From Proteromonas lacertae (Eukaryota), in assembly GCA_002245135.1 (NCBI GenBank), contig NGBS01000312.1:110936-130935 (forward strand): DNA of 20,000 bases, in the 5' to 3' direction. The notes under the pieces are model-generated. The model had not been told where the DNA came from. It was given only the letters and a program-made list of their open reading frames with translations, and did no database searches. Of the stretch, positions 19,516-20,000 are shown piece after piece. The stretch's first letter is position 1; the number at the start of each line of letters is the position of its first letter. A program made the position numbers and the translations under genes.

Positions 19516-20000
19516 TTATTCTACATTCAAATAATCTTCTACAATTTCTTTCTTTACTTCTTTACTAATCCCATTTAATTTTATTGTTCCAATTGAAGAA
19601 AATGTTTCTAGAAATGATTTTAATTCTGATTGATCTATATTTTCTTTTACTGTAATATTTAGTTCAGTCATAAATTCTAATATTTCTCTATTTTCTTTCA
19701 TCAATCTTAATTCTCTTTCATTTTAATTCATTTCCGGATATATCTATCTCATCTAATAGTTTATAATCTTTTAGTCTTTCTATTAACACTCTTAATCCTT
19801 TCTCACTCATTCCAATATCTATTGAGTTTACAAAATTATTATATTCATAAAATACTTGAGAGATTTAATGTTTTACAATCTACAACAAATCTATCTAAAT
19901 GTTTATATATAATCTCAACACCTTCATCTCCAATTTCATTGTTAAATATTCTCTTTAGTCTTATAAATATTATTATTTTCTGAAAATGGTAATTTCTTAC
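19516..20000 (-). pseudogene. Chimeric or internally deleted kinase-LRR paralogue; contains copy B of the inverted duplication (19516-19950)
   Basis: The minus strand from 20000 reads KKLPFSENNNIYKTKENI* (compare KKLPFNEDNNIIKTMNNI at 8780-8835). It then continues out of frame into the LRR tail matching 11073-11506, with an extra A near 19721-19724. Confidence 0.85.

Noticed and set aside
11073..19950. The inverted 434-nt copies as terminal inverted repeats of a DNA transposon
   Set aside because: The repeat is spliced coding sequence of an LRR gene; no transposase or target-site duplication is evident, and the interior holds housekeeping MTR4.

Overview
AT-rich, gene-dense eukaryotic DNA with many very short GT-AG introns (25-59 nt, mostly about 27-38 nt) and standard stop codons. 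The intron size, compactness and a TGTTTGTT motif after one stop codon suggest a Blastocystis-like stramenopile (inference only). Hand-spliced models, in order: a Polo-like kinase running off the left edge (-), a NUFIP1/Rsa1-like zinc-finger protein (+), an orphan ORF (+), a CFAP36/CCDC104-like BART protein (-), a bHLH + PAS-like factor (-) head-to-head with an unusual E2F-DBD/PDZ-like/E2F-DBD/RanBP2-zinc-finger protein (+), a pseudokinase-LRR gene with modular phase-1 LRR exons (+), the RNA helicase MTR4 (-), an intronless HxxxDG acyltransferase (-), a decayed BTB-BACK-SPRY gene (+), tRNA-Gly(GCC) (+), and an inverted, near-identical 435-nt copy of the LRR tail joined by a 6-nt microhomology to a diverged kinase paralogue. 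Several single-base indels in short runs occur from about 10.8 kb onward, so some 'frameshifts' may be consensus errors.
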